This document shows positions 1-13,555 of a stretch of DNA of 64,000 nucleotides, in pieces. The stretch lies in assembly GCF_036321535.1 (NCBI RefSeq), contig NC_087436.1:121088001-121152000 (forward strand). Direction: 5' to 3'. Source of the stretch: Camelus dromedarius. Taxonomy: Eukaryota. Within the stretch, counting starts at the first letter, position 1; every line of letters starts with the position of its first letter. The position numbers were made by a program, and so were the translations under genes. The notes under the pieces are model-generated. The model did not search any database. It worked only from the letters and a program-made list of their open reading frames with translations, and was not told the origin of the DNA.

Positions 1-137
1 AAGAGAGTAAGTCATAAATTAAAAGCGATACCAGGTGGATGAAAGGCTGAAGCGCGGGCGGTAAGCTCACAGATCTTCCGGAAAGACACGGGGGGGACAG
101 TCTGGTGACTCCAGGGCTGGGAGAAACTTCTCTCTTC

Positions 138-340
138 TTTTTTTTTAATTTGTGTTCTTTTTTATTGAAGTACAGTCAGTTTACAATGTTGTGTCAATTT
201 CCGGTGTACAGCACCATGTTTCAGTCACACACATACACGCACACACTCCTCATTTTAAGTTACTACAGTATATTGAATATAGTTCCCTGTGCTATACGGT
301 AGGACCTTCTTCTTTATCTATTTTATACATAGTAGATCGT
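138..340 (-). mobile_element. L1 3' end, 5'-truncated
   Basis: poly-T then ttattgaagtacagtcagtttacaatgttgtgtcaattt...aatatagttccctgtgctata; homologous to 11520-11730, 20168-20316 and the reverse complement of 21800-21930. Confidence 0.8.
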
Positions 341-344
341 ATCT

Positions 345-1130
345 GTGTATCTCAAGCTAGAAATCTCTTAAGCAAGACACAAAGGGCACAAACTCTAAAA
401 AGAACAAAGAATTAATTGGGCTACATTAAAATTTAGTACTTCTTTCTATCCACCAGACACCACACAGAAAATGAAAAGACAGGCCACACTGGGAGAAGAT
501 GTTTGAAACACAAATGACTGGCAAAGACTCATTAGGAAATACGTGGAGAACTCAACTATTCTCTAAGGGAAAGACCAAAAAATTTTTCTAACGGACACGG
601 TATTTGAACATGTGCTTCACACACAAAAAAAGAAATTCAAAGGGCAAATGAACACAAGCAAAGATGCAGCCTTCATGAGCACGTAAGGAAATGCAAATTA
701 AACCACAGTAAATCCTGGTTGATATTCACTCGGTTGTCAAAAATCTTGAGATTGGACAGAACCAAGGGTGGCTGGGATCTCGAGCCATGGTCTGGTCCCC
801 AGAGAACGGGGCAGCCCTCCAGCAACCAGACAGCAGATCCAGGAAAGTTGAAGGAGTGAGAACGATGGACAAAGCAGGTCCCTTCTGGGTGTTTCAGTAA
901 ACGAGTGTTCATGGCGTGGGCACTGGAATACGATGTTCTCCATGTCCGTATTGTGTTCAGGGTGGCAAGGGCGTCCGCAGAGCACGTTCTGCGACCACAG
1001 GGAACCGCAGGGGCACACACCAGCCTGACAGAAGCAAGTCACAAAGGGTTCCTATGACGTGGCCCAACTTACAGCAAATTCAAACACGGACAAGCAGACG
1101 TACGCTTGTGCTGGCTGAAGTGTAGGGACC
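345..1130 (+). mobile_element. Old L1M ORF2 3' region/3' UTR fragment
   Basis: A-rich, aaaatgaaaagacaggccaca..gggagaagatgtttg, ggaaatgcaaattaaaccaca. Confidence 0.7.
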
Positions 1131-1929
1131 AGCCAGAACCAGCTGTCACAAAATTGGGGTTAAGGGTCCCAAAGCAGAAGGGGGCGCCCAGGAAGCTGAG
1201 GAAAGGGACCTGTTGTTGTGCGTCTGTGATGCACTTCATGGTAATAAAGCAAAATCAATGCGCACTGTGAGTTTCCCTCTCTGCCAGTGGACTGAGGGAC
1301 TGGACAGCCCCCGCCCTGACCGTCCAGGTACACAGGGGCAGCTGGACCAGTGGGCCAGCCCAGCCAGGGCAGGCGGCAGCTGCCATGAGTCTGGAAGCCC
1401 GGGGGCTGAGGGGCACCTTTGCGGCGCCTCATCCCTTCTGAAGCCTCGGCCCGCAGGGTGAACCCCAGTCAGCCCTAAGTCAGCTAGAGACCTTGGCTGA
1501 ACGCTGCCTCAGACAGGAAGGGGCCCCACCGGTCTCTGGTCAGGCCCCTCTCTGGCACCTTGTCTTAAGGGAGATGGAGGAAGGACCCCAGGCAGGGTAT
1601 CCTCCTCCTCCAAGGTGTGGCCGGAGCCCTGATCTGATGGACCTCTTATGCTGGAGTTCCCTTCCTGGTCCGCTCTTCACCCACAGGCACCCAGGACAGG
1701 GAGGAAGCACCACCGTCTGCTGGAGGCCTCCCCAGCCCGGTGGCCTGAGGTAGTGGACTTGACCCCAAGAGATGACGACAGCACCCCCAGGAGGGAGACC
1801 AGCATCTCCTGGGAGCAGCAAAGACGTTCCCCCAAGGTCACTCCAAGTTCACCTTGGAAAGGTACGAGCCAGTACTCAAACCCAGAAGCGCCTGCCTCCA
1901 CGCTGCGGGCCCCACCTCCCCGACTCGTG

Positions 1930-2150
1930 CGCACACGCACACACACGCACTCACGCACTCATACACACTCACACACACTCTCACATACATACACGCGTAC
2001 TCACAATCACACACAAGGACTCACACACTCACACGGACTCACGCACTCATACACACTCACAACACTCTCATACATGCACTCACACGCACTCACACACATG
2101 CACACACACACCCAGCCCACTGACTCACACACATGCACACACACACCCAG
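1930..2150. repeat. Degenerate (CA)n/(CACT)n low-complexity tract
   Basis: Direct inspection. Confidence 0.9.
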
Positions 2151-3782
2151 CCCAAAGGACTTACTCCTGGCTGCAGCGAGTTGGGTCAGGACCTGGGGTC
2201 AACAGGATTCTGTCCCTGACCCCAACCTGAGGATGGGGCCCGGTCTCTGTCCCTCCTTCTTTCCTCCCCCCTCCCCTCCCCCTCCTCCCTCCCCACCTTA
2301 CCGCCCAGTCTCAGCCACCACCACCACCACCGAGCACCAGCCCACTCTCGTGCAGCCACGTGACAGCGATGACCTGTCCTCCCGGGGGGGAAGCAGACCG
2401 CACTGAGTGCATGAGAGCACGTGGAGTCCTCGCCCAACACCCAGTAACCGGGTGGGATGGGACCGCGCCACCAACACTCTGAAATCAGGTGGCAGGGAAG
2501 AGAAAAGGAAAGATGGGATTACGTGGGAGCTGCCGCCACCGCTGGTCGCTGACCGGTCCACTCAAACCCGCACGGGAGGTAAGGAACATGAACATTCCGC
2601 ACACGAGGACCCACAGCTGGAGAGGGGGGCGTGGGGGCCACGGCGGGCTGCAGGGAACCCTCCCTCTCCTTTCTCCTGTACTCCCAACTTACCTCCAGGT
2701 CCCCAGGAGCAGGAGCGGCCTCCTTCAGTGTCCTGGCCTGTCCCCAGAGGTCTGAGAGGTCAGAGTGCCGAGGACAGAGCCACCTGAAGTGGGGGGGCTG
2801 CCGGTGGGGGGAGCATCCAGCACTGGTTCTGACCCCTCCTCTGGCCATGTGACCCAGGGCAGCTCCAATCTCCCCAAGAGACAAGAGAGGGCCTAGAAAA
2901 GTCTGCAGAAAGAACAAACAAATGAACGAACGAGCGAATGATTAACCCCTCGCGGCCGTGCCTCCCATGGATCCTCCCATCTGACCCCCTAGGATGGGGC
3001 ACAGCCGTCACCATGTCACCACACAGAGCAAACAGACCAGTGTCCCCGCTGCACGGGCTGGCCTGTTTCTCTGCATGCAGCATCCCAGGAGAGACTGCGG
3101 GGACCATTCTGTCTAGCCAGGTCCCCAGGCCAGGTCCTTGTCCCTGCAGCCCAGACCTGGCTCAGGTGCAGGGCAGGGGGCTGCCGTGGAGGGGGTTCTG
3201 AGGAAGCTTGATTGGATTCCCTTTGACATCACAGGGACTGTCCCCCACGGAAAGCCACCTCTTTTCTTCCACAGCCCCTGTATTCACGCCTTCTTAGCTC
3301 CAGTGATGGCTGCAATGGTCCGTTTATCTGCGTCCATCCCCCCACAAACCACCCAGCCCATAAGTGAGCACACGTGTCGGGCAGGCAGTGTCCAGCAGGG
3401 CGCCTGGCTGCAGTCCCCACAGGGGCAACTCTGACTGAGGGCTGGCACAGCCCCGCACACGTGGACCCCAGGAACCCTCATTATTATCCTACAATGCCGA
3501 TGGTCCTTTCAATAAACTCCTCTGACAACAGCAAGGAGAAGCTGGGGTTTGAATTGGGACCACTGGTGCCAGGACCCACACACCTACTACCACAACCATG
3601 ATCCTAGACGTTGTGGGAGCAAGATGGTACAACGAAGGGAAAGGGCAGAGGGAGGTCGGGGCCAGGGCCTCCCAGTGCTGAGATGCCATAAACGCTCTGT
3701 TTTTCCAGCTGCAGCCTCCCTTTACTTGCGGGTATTTGTCCTAAGCCTCCTGCCTACTAGACCCTTTAGCGAATATTTATCA

Positions 3783-4073
3783 GATGGGAGGATAGATGGG
3801 TGGATGAATAGATAGGTAGACGGATGAGTAGATGGATGGATGGGTGATGGATGGATGATGGGTGGATAGATGTGGATGGGTTGGTGGATGGCTGGGTGGG
3901 TGGCTGGAGGATGGATGGATGGATTGATGATGGATGGATGGGTAGCTGAATAAGAGAACGAGTAAGTGAGAGGACTGGAGGATGGCTGGGCAGGAGAAGA
4001 GGATAGCAAGAAGGCAGGATGAAGGGTGAGTGAGTAGATGGATGGATGGAAGGATGAGTGGGTGTGTGGTGTT
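3783..4073. repeat. Degenerate (GGAT)n/(GGGT)n tract, left part
   Basis: Direct inspection; resumes at ~5140 after an AT-rich insert. Confidence 0.9.
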
Positions 4074-5138
4074 AAAGTGAGATTGTTTTTACGTCCTCGA
4101 GCTGACTTTTTATGCTTAGAAAAGATTATTCAGAAATCAGTTTTTTAATAATTAAATTTTCATTTATTAATGTTACAAAACCAGAAACCTAGGGCTTTTT
4201 CCCCTTTAAACCACTAATTCAGTCTACAAGTCTTATCATAATACTTTCAAGCCTAACAAATTTTGAGATTATTTTTAAAGGGGTTTTGATTAACATTAGG
4301 TCCCAGTTTCAAACTTAATAAAACACCTTCAGAAGTGTATTACACTGACAACTTGATGTACTTTATTTTATGTGATAAACCTCCCCAATATGTTAAGTAA
4401 TTCTGATACACCTAGAAAGGTAACTTCCTAACGTGACGAATCTCGGATTCTGTCAAATGTTCCAACGCTGTGTGATATAAACTTTATGGATTTCAAGGTA
4501 AAATCGTAAGTCCAATTCAAGTAATTAAGTATATATTTTAAATTTGAATTAAAAGGTTGACGTCATTCTGATAGCCCAAATTCTTTTAAACATCGCAAAT
4601 GCTCACAATGCCAAAGATGCCCAGATCTGTCACACACAAGCCTCAATTCTGTGGAGTTGGTACCATTAAATATTTCTATACTTAATTATAAATATGCCTG
4701 GGGGTTCAAACATGTTTATTCACTAAGGAAACAACCAAGAGATGTAGAGGCGGTGTCTTGTTTATCTGAGGCTGCAAAATACCAGCTCCTCAAATCTCTT
4801 GGTTATTTCAAGGACACTGAGATTTTCCGTCATGCTGATGGGAGTCACAGAGATTTATTTATGTTTTATTCCAGGGACTTCAGAACTTAGAGTTTGGCCC
4901 ATCAGCCCTTGCCCCCGTAAAGATCCCCTCCCCATCCTCTCTGCACACCCCACCCCGGAGTGCTTTTGGATTTTGCATTTATCAATCCCTCCGTGAACGT
5001 GACTTTGACTGGCAGTCTTCCTGGTGAGACCACACCTTCCAGGGGCTAAAATGACACTCACTGGATGCTGCAAATCCCAAAGCTGAGCTGGAGTCTGTGG
5101 ACAAGCCTTCGAAGATCATACCACTGGTGTGTGTTGTT

Positions 5139-5605
5139 CAGATGAATGGGTGGGTGGGTGGGTGGGTGATGGCCAGACCACAGTTGGTGAGTGGATGTAA
5201 GAGTAGGTACATAAGTGAGTGGAGAGAATTTTCCTGCATGTGGTGGTAACTAGGTAGTAGGGCAGGTGGGTGGGTGAATGGGTGAGGGGGGAAGTGGGTG
5301 GGAGTGCAGGGGGTGACGTATGGGTGATGTGTAACGGGATATGCATGGAGGAGAGGTCAATGGGTGTGTGGATGGACGGGTAGTAGGTTGAGAAGGTGGC
5401 TGGGTGGTGTGTTAGGTGGGGTGGGTAAGACAATGGATGGGGGGTGGATGGGTGGAGAGGTGAATTTGGGGACATATAGGAGGAAACAAGCTGGTTTGTG
5501 GGTGAATGGGTGAGTGAGTAGGTGGATTCAGGGATGGGTGCTGGATGGGTGAGTGGGTGAATAGACAGACAGAGGACGGCTGGGTGGGCAGCAGATGGTG
5601 ATGGA
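5139..5605. repeat. Degenerate (GGAT)n/(GGGT)n tract, right part
   Basis: Direct inspection. Confidence 0.85.
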
Positions 5606-5651
5606 GTAAACAGAAGTTTCTAGTTCAGATGACTGGTACCCCCCGAGAACT

Positions 5652-5653
<2 letters not shown>

Positions 5654-5698
<45 letters not shown>
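5654..5698. repeat. Perfect (CT)22 microsatellite
   Basis: Direct inspection. Confidence 0.97.
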
Positions 5699-5700
<2 letters not shown>

Positions 5701-7699
5701 CCACAGACTCGCTTTCTGACTCAGAGTGAGCGTCCGCCCCACTCCGGGCTCTTTTCCCGTCCGCTCCGTGTCCTGGAGCAGATGAATTGAATTAGCCGTG
5801 CCGACTCCAGTCCTCCAGCCAAGCCCGCGTGCCTGGGAGTCACACCCCAGGACCCGGCCCTGGCCACTGGGGCCAGGGCCAGCAGCCGCCGGCCAGACCC
5901 GTCCTCCCGGGACAAGCTCAGACGGGGAGAGGACACGCTGCTCGCTGGTGGCTGCCCTGGGAAACTCGTCACTGCTTGTTTTCCTCCTTGACGGATTAAG
6001 GAAGGAGACTCGGAAAGTGACAGAGCATCACTGGCCTCGCTTCTGGCCAGCTCTCACTTGTCCTGTGACATTTCCCAAGAGCCAGCTAACCTTTCCTGCC
6101 GCAAATAGACTGACGTGGGTCCCTCGAGGCTGTCTGGCCTGCACAGGGCTCTGTCTTAGGGGAGTTGGGGACCCAGGGGACATTAAAGGCAGCCAGATAC
6201 TGATAATAACCAGGCAAGAGAGCAGACAGTTCCGTGGGATCAGCGGCGCAGAGGGGACTGAGGGGCTCAGCGCTGGGGGGGGCAGGGAGGGCGAGCTGCA
6301 GGGAAACAGAGGCCCAGCAGAGCGAGTGGCCACTGGGACCCGCTGCCCCACGAGATGGTGAGCTCCCTGTCCCCGGAAGAGGACAAGTCGAAGCCATGCG
6401 GCCACCCAGCAGACAGGCTGGAGGGTCCAGGGCACAGTGAGGTCTGAAAGGTCCCACTCAGCTCTGAGTGTCTGTGAGCCTGATGCTCTCACAGGATTCC
6501 AGGATTCTGGATCTTTCTGACAGGGAATTGGAGAGTTAGGCAGCCACTGTCTTGTCAAGGAGTAAGGCTGCAGTGGTCAGGGAGGGCATCAGTCAAGCAA
6601 AGAGCTGAGGGGAAAGGGTCACAGTCAGAAGGCACAGCATGTGCAAAGGCCTGGGGCCAAAAGGCTGGTAAGTTTGAGGATGGGCCTCGCTGGGGAAGCT
6701 GCTGCACCCTCTGAGCCCAGGCTTATCCCCTGAGATCCACAGCCGTGTCTCTTTCTCCAGAGAGCGTGGGGCCAGTCGGCCAGACCGGAGCCATGGAAGG
6801 GATCTGTGAGTGTCACCTGCCATCACCTGCAGGACAGGGCCCTTTGTCACAGGGTCGAGCTCCCCTAGGGATGGAGTACGCGCCATGCAGACAGGCAGAG
6901 ATGTGGATCCTGTCCCGAAAGCTCCCGTGGTTTTCATGATAAAATCAGACATGTGGTTTTGCAGAAGGATATGGAAGACCCAAGCGGCCGGAGCTTGGCA
7001 GGGGTGACCCTGGGCTGGCGGCTGCAGTAGACCAACTGGCCACACCCACCAGGCGTGGGCAGAGCAGGGGCCCCGGGGCCTGGGTTCCAGTCCTGGTCCC
7101 CACTTGCCATTCTTCCAACGCCTCATTCCCTGATTAAATCCATCTCTGCTGGAAATACCGAGAGCTGTTCCTACGTCCCGCTCCGAGCCCAGACCAAGAC
7201 TGCAGCTGCGTGGAGACCGGCTCTCCCGCCACCTGCTTAGCTGCCCCATGCTGGGAGGCGATTCTGCACCACGGAGGTGTGCCACTCGTGCAAACAGGGA
7301 CAGACTCCCGGGCTAGAGTGAGCGGACCAGAGACCCCGGGGCTCCTTCACGAAGCGTAATCTCCCTCCTCCCCTGGAGGAGGCGTGCTTGCTTTCCAGGT
7401 TGTGAAGACCACATCTCCCCTGCAGCGCTCCAGCAGCTCCTTCATACCATCAAGGGCTTCCTAAACTCTGGGCTCCTTACCTGGGAGTTTTTGCCGCCTG
7501 GGACGTGGGGACAGAGGACTGATGGAGGCATTCTGTGCCTTGTTCTCTTACTGGTGGAATTTCAGGAAGTGCGGCAGGCAAATGTGACCAATGCCTGACC
7601 CCTTGACCCCAGCCCGTCTTGGACACCTGCATCCCCCGGTGGGCCCCCACCAGCTGTGGCCTCGCAGGTCCTGCCTCCTGGGCCTTCTCCCGTATCACA

Positions 7700-8060
7700 C
7701 CCACTATCTCACCCACAGTCCAACCACTTGTGTTCTTCAAACCAGCAGAGCAAGTTCCTGCCTCAGGGCCTTTGCATGTGCTTATCCATCTGCCTAGAAC
7801 TGCCTTCCCCAGGTCATCACATGGCCAGCGCATCCTCGCCTTTCAAGGAGTCTCAGCCTAAATGTGCCCTCCTCAGAGAGGCCTGCCCGGGCCGCTTTCC
7901 CCAAAGTGGCCATTCCCTCTTCCTGCCCTAGTCACTCTAGCACATTCGTTCGTCCTTTCACCAGATGGGGACCTACCGCTCACAGGTACGTCTGGGCTCA
8001 GGACACAGCTGAGGGCAGGCACCCAAAGCCCCTGCAGTCCCAGCGCTGATGTTCTAATGG
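7700..8060 (+). mobile_element. L2 3' fragment
   Basis: cctgcctcagggcctttgcatgtgct..tctgcctagaa..ctcagcctaaatgtgccctcctcagagaggcct, a typical L2 signature. Confidence 0.7.
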
Positions 8061-8260
8061 GGAGACAGAAGAGCAACCGAATGCACGCATGGATGCTGGG
8101 AGCTCGGGTGCTCAGTGGCGGGGAGGACGGAGCCGCAGGGGCTCTGGGTGGGGGCGCGCTGTCCCATTGCGCTGTCCGAGGCTCTTTCTCCTTCACGTGT
8201 CACGTTGGTCCTGGTCCTCTGGCGAGCACACGCCAAAGAGGCATCGGAAGTGCAGAGACA

Positions 8261-8346
8261 TTCAATCCCCAGCACCTCCATTAAAAATAAATACAATAAA
8301 TAAACCTGGTGCCCGCCCCCTGAAAATACCCAAAATTTAAATTAAA
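8261..8346 (+). mobile_element. 5'-truncated tRNA-derived SINE (Vic-1-like)
   Basis: ttcaatccccagcacctccattaaaaataaatac..taaacct, homologous to the 3' half of the SINE at 53047. Confidence 0.7.
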
Positions 8347-10289
8347 AGTGTAGAGACGTTATTGCGGGAGACGACTGCGAGAGGTGATGCGGAGGTGGCA
8401 GAAGCATCGGTAGAGACACAAGTGTGACCTCCCCCCAGGGGAGGTCGGGTGGGAGCCTCCTGGCCCCGTCTGGTCTAGGAAGGTTCGGAAGGCTTTCGGG
8501 GAGTCCCTGACTCAAAACTGACCGTCAGAAGGGGCCCGGGCACCCCAGAGGTGGGCCTGCCGCCGCGCCCCGGCCGCGGGGGGGCAGCCGTGGTAAGTGC
8601 AGTCTCTGCATCAGCGTGCTGATGGGTCTCAGCGGACCCTGGATCAACGACGCGCCCTGTAGCTGGAGTCCATGGGGAGTGTCCCTGCCCTGCCTGTGTG
8701 TGCATATGGACCATCTCCACACCAGAGCAGCCCCTTCAGAGAGCGGGCACCCTGCCTGTGCCTGGAGCCCAGCGCTGAGCTGACACCCAGACACTCAGGC
8801 GATGAGTGAATGGGGTCAGTTAGCGGCAAATGTGGCCCGAGCCCTTCCAGCCTGTGTGCATCCTCTGCAGCTCTGCCCCTCCTCCATCAGGAAGCACAGC
8901 CTCTTTCTCCGCCCCGTGGAAGGGAGGCCGCGTGGCCCCGTTAGCCAGTGGGCATCAGCCAGTGTGATGCCAGCAGAGGCTTGAAAAGGCAGTGCCCGGG
9001 CGCGTTCTCCCACAGCGGGAACCTGCCTCTGCTCCGTGGGGGCCCCCCTGCCGACCCGCAGCCCAGCACCAGACGTGAGAGGGAGGCCGTGTCCCTGCCC
9101 CAACTCCAGCTGAGCCGCCAGCTGACCTCAGAGACCAACCAAGCCAGCTGGGACCCGTGAAGCCGCCCACTTGGTCTGGGGAATCTTGAGCTGTATAAGG
9201 TAGTTGTGTTTTAAACCACTAGGCTTTAAGGGCTTTTTTACGCAGCCGAAGCTACCCAGCACAGTTTTCTCCTCCTCCTCGGGGTCTCTGTTGGCCCTGG
9301 AGGGTGAGCTTGAACTCAAGACCCTGGTCCACCCAGAGTCGTGAACACTGCATCCGTCCACGCCTCCGGGGCAGACAGTCCTCCTTCATCAGGTGTGTAA
9401 GTTCAGTGGGTCACTTTTGCTTGGGAGGAGGAATTCCACGTTGTAACAATAAACACTTTGCCATTTGTCACCTTCTAAACTAGGAAACAGATGGTGCAAT
9501 AATTTTCATTGTCCCACTTCTCAGTGAAGCCACTAAAGGACACCAGCCCGGCCGTGGGAAGGGCAGGTGGAGAGGGGCCCCCGCTGCTCAGCCCTGTGGG
9601 CGGGGTGGCTCCCAGCAAGGGTCCGGCCGTGCATGATGGACGCAGACACACCTGTTCACCCAACTCTGTCAGCACCCGCAGTCCTCGACATTTAAACATC
9701 TGCAACCTAGAAGGGAGTTGCAGGGACAGGACCTTGAGTGCCCGAATCCTTATCAGTTCCTCACCGCATCATGTACACACACTGCATCAGTTTGCAAAAC
9801 CAGTTAACGCTGATCTGAGGACATTGTCTATACACAGCCAATATTCAAAACTTCTAGAACATCCTTTCCAGCCATATTGTTTTGATCCGGGTTCCAACAA
9901 GAACACACGTGGTGTTTGGTTGCTGGGGCTCGTGTGTCTGGTTTTCCCTTTAAAGACCCTGATGACCCTGAAGGGGTCAGGTCAGTTTCTGCAGACGGCA
10001 CCACCGTCCGGACTGGCCTGGGGTCCAGTTCAGCCTAGGCGTTCCAGGCACCAGCACTGTAAGGGATGCTGGGTCCTTCTCAGCACGTCCCGTCAGGGAC
10101 ACACCATGTCCGTGCATCCCTTTCCAGGTGATGCGAAGTTGGATCACTTAGGTGAGGGGCGCCTCAGACACCCCCACTCTGAAGTTCCCTGTTGCCTTTG
10201 TCATTCGTGGGTCAACCAATGGGTGTATCTGTGAGTGCGAATTTCCTGTTTCCCAACAGCCTTTCACTCGAGGGTCTCAGCACCTGCTG

Positions 10290-10756
10290 AATGTCCTCTT
10301 GCTGCTGTAACAACTTACACAGAGTGGCTCTAAACAGCGTGGAAGTGTCCTCTCACGGCTCTGGAGACCGGAAGTCTGAAGGGGGTCTCACTGGGCCGAG
10401 GTCCCGGTGTCGGCAGGGCGGGCTCCTCCTGGAGGTTTCAGAGGAGAATCGTTTCCTTCCCTGTTTAAGCTTCTGGAGGCTTCTGCGCTCCTTGGCTCTC
10501 GCGTGGTCCTCGCTCCACCTTCAGCCGCTGCCTCCATCATCACACCATCCTTCCTCCAGCTGATCTGCCTCCCTCTTCTGAGGACACTTGTCACTGCATT
10601 TAGATAAGCCAGAATCATGCCACACTTGAAAACCCTTAACTTAACCACTTCTGTAAAGTTCGTTTGACCGTATAAGGCAATATTCACAGGTTCTGGGAAT
10701 TAGGGCGGGTCTGGGGATTAGGGACACTTCTGGGGCCATTTTTCAGCCAACCACAG
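10290..10756 (-). mobile_element. MaLR (MLT1-type) solo LTR interrupting an old L1M fragment
   Basis: gctgctgtaacaa..ctcacggctctggagaccggaagtctgaa..attcacaggttctgggaattaggg..cagccaaccaca. Confidence 0.75.
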
Positions 10757-11519
10757 CATCCTTTTGACTATCCTCACTTGAATGAATCAGTATCACGTGG
10801 GGGTGGTCAGAACGGGGTGGGGGGTGGCTCTGAACGGATCGCCTCCCCAGCATTTACTAGCTGGCACTGTTCTGTACGGAAGTCCTCCCTTCGTTTCAGC
10901 ATCTCTGTGGACTCATGAAGACTTCGACCTTTGATGTTCATCATAGTATCTCCCAAATTTGGCCACTGGGAGTCCCTGCCACCTGGCCCAGGTGTCTCTT
11001 GACCTGCCCCCTCACTCTCTGGGGCTTCTGGGCTTTCTGGCTCCCATGGTGTCCCAGGCTCGCCTTGGCCCAGGTCCGGACTCCGGTCCGTTAGTAGGCC
11101 GGCTCCAGAAGCCTTCGCGCGCTCCCAGCTTTTGGGCGTCGTTACCTTGAACTCCTCTCCCTGCTCAGAGCTAGGAAATGGATTTTCTTGGTTTTGAGCA
11201 GGAATTTTTCTGCTGCTTCCAATTCAAACACAAGCCCCAAGGGCCTGCATTGCCCTCCCTGCTCTGCGACCTCACCTCCCACCACCCACAGAGAGAGCCC
11301 TGGCCCCCAAGAAGACCTCCCTCGTTCGGTCAGCCTTCAACGCGCACACAGTATTTTCAGAACCGCCACACTCTACTGCCACTTGCAACAGCAACGACCC
11401 TGTAAACGGGAAGCTCAAGGCTTCAGATCAGAAAACCACGCTCAAGGAAAGGTATGTGGTCTCCCTTCTGTCTAGTTATATTAGCAGTTGATTTAGGATC
11501 ATTTGGGCTTTTATTTTTA

Positions 11520-11730
11520 AATTTCTGAACTCCTTAGTACTTTTAATCAAACTATAGCTGATTTACAATGTTTCAGGTGTACAGCAAAGTGATTCAGTCA
11601 CACATCTATATGTATGCACACATACATTCTTTTTCAGATTCTTTTCCATTCTAGGTTATTACAAAATATAGAATATAGTTCCCTGTGCTGTGCAGTAGGT
11701 CTTTGTTGTTTATGTTTTATATATTATTGG
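11520..11730 (-). mobile_element. L1 3' end
   Basis: tttacaatgtttcaggtgtacagcaaagtgattcagt..aatatagttccctgtgctg. Confidence 0.8.
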
Positions 11731-12744
11731 TCTTTGAGTTCAATTTTAGGGTTTTTTAAAAAAAAAAAAACTTGTTGATTTAATTTTATTTTCTGACTGT
11801 GAAAAAGGTCACATGGCTCAAAAGTCAAAACAATATGAAAAAGACACTCAGAGGACTCTCATCTCCCCCTGATGGTAACCACCTGCCTCCATCTGGGTTT
11901 TCCTTCCTTCAAAATCAAACTCCCTCTTTCCCCCTCTCTCCCTCTCAGGAGACTGGCAGATGGTTAACAGAGAGCGAGAGGGCTGGACGGATGGTAAACA
12001 GGGCTTGTTTGTTGGGCAGGGGGGTACTCGCGCCTCTCCCTTCCGAAAGGCAGCACACCATCCATGCTCCTTTGCACTTTGCCGGAGGGAACACATCCAG
12101 CCGCGTCCAGTTAAGGTTTTGAAGGAGCTGGTCTGAAGCCAGGGCCCCTGCTCCCAGGGAGTCCTGGTCAGGGAGTGGGGAAGCAGGACCACAGGGCCAC
12201 TCCAGGGTTGGCTTCTGGGCAGTGCCAGCCTCAGCTGGATCCCACCAGGAGCTCTGGGGCGTAAAATCCAGAATCCTCAAATTTTGTCCTGCCTCGAGAT
12301 GAGAGCCGGTTCTCACTCCAGCCAGCCACGGGCTGGGAGAAGTCCTCCAAGGGTCCCCCGGTGCACCTGCAGCAGGTAGAGGGGCTCACAGGAGACGTCA
12401 GGGGAACTCAGGGGACCTGGGCAGAGGGCCCACAGCCAGGGGACTAGGCAGTAATCAGTGATCATTAAGCTGAGACTTCCCCCAGAATATTTTAAAGATG
12501 TGACTCCCAAGGAAGGAAGACCCAGGAGGTTAAATAAAAATAAATCCACATCCAGACACATCAGAGTGAGAGCAAGACGAGCACAGCAAAGGGAAGGCTG
12601 TGCAGCAGCCAGGAAAGCAAAGCCAGCTGTCTCCCCTGGCTGACAGACTCGCCGCCGACCTCTGTTCCGTAAGTGACTATCGGATGGATGGATGGATGTA
12701 GGATAGGGAGGGGGTGGAAGGAAGGAAAGAAGGAAGGAAGGAAG

Positions 12745-13272
12745 TGTAACAGGAAAGAACAGATCTGACTCCATATTAGCTCTGTCCCTTTGACTTTAAC
12801 CCTGTGCTCTCTTTCCTGGGCTTCACCTTGCTGGCTCTGTGCCTTTTGTGAAACAACGTTGCCTTTAGCCTGAAATGTACAGGACAGCCTGTTCTCAAGG
12901 CTCTGACTTTCAAGGATACTTTGCCATTCATATAGCGATAACAGCTTGCAGAATAGAAAATAACATTTATTTTGTTGGAGGTTTACAGGAACACCCTGAT
13001 CTGACCCACGTGGACAGCTGCAAGAACAATGGATTCCAAGAACAAAGAATTCCTACACCAAGAAGTTTGCAACAACCAACCACACCCCCTCCCCTCTTTA
13101 GTGTAAAAGGAGCCTGAATTCTGCCTTGGGAAGGTGAGTCTCTAGGACAGTAGTCTGCTATCTTCTGTTTGCTGGCTTTCCAAGTAAAGTCATTATTCCT
13201 TGCCCCAAAACCTTGTCTCCCAATTTATTGGCCTTCCGTGCAGCGAGCAGAACAATTCTGGACTTGGTAACA
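12745..13272 (+). mobile_element. ERV1-class solo LTR (528 bp) with GAAG target-site duplication
   Basis: TG...CA termini, GAAG at 12741-44 and 13273-76, inserted in a GGAA/GGAT tract; homologous to 16647-17169 and 18906-19355. Confidence 0.88.
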
Positions 13273-13555
13273 GAAGGAAAGAAGGAAGAGAGGAAGATAC
13301 TAGATAGTGGATGGTCGTATGACGGATACATAGGTGGATGGATGGGAGGATGGATGGATTGATTTTTGACTGGATGGGGATGGGTGGCGAGTAGATGGGT
13401 GGATGGTAGATGGGTGAGTGAATGGATGAATGGGTATTTGAGTGAAGAGGTGGTGGATGGGCAGGTGGTAGATGGATGGATGAACGGATGGATGGATGGA
13501 TGTTTGAGTGAATAGGTGGTAGATGGTGAGGGGATGGGTGGATCAGAGAGTGAAT
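13273..13555. repeat. Degenerate (GGAT)n tract
   Basis: Direct inspection; left part at 12680-12744. Confidence 0.85.

Noticed and set aside
1648..2406. 252-aa His/Thr-rich ORF
   Set aside because: Translation of a degenerate CA repeat
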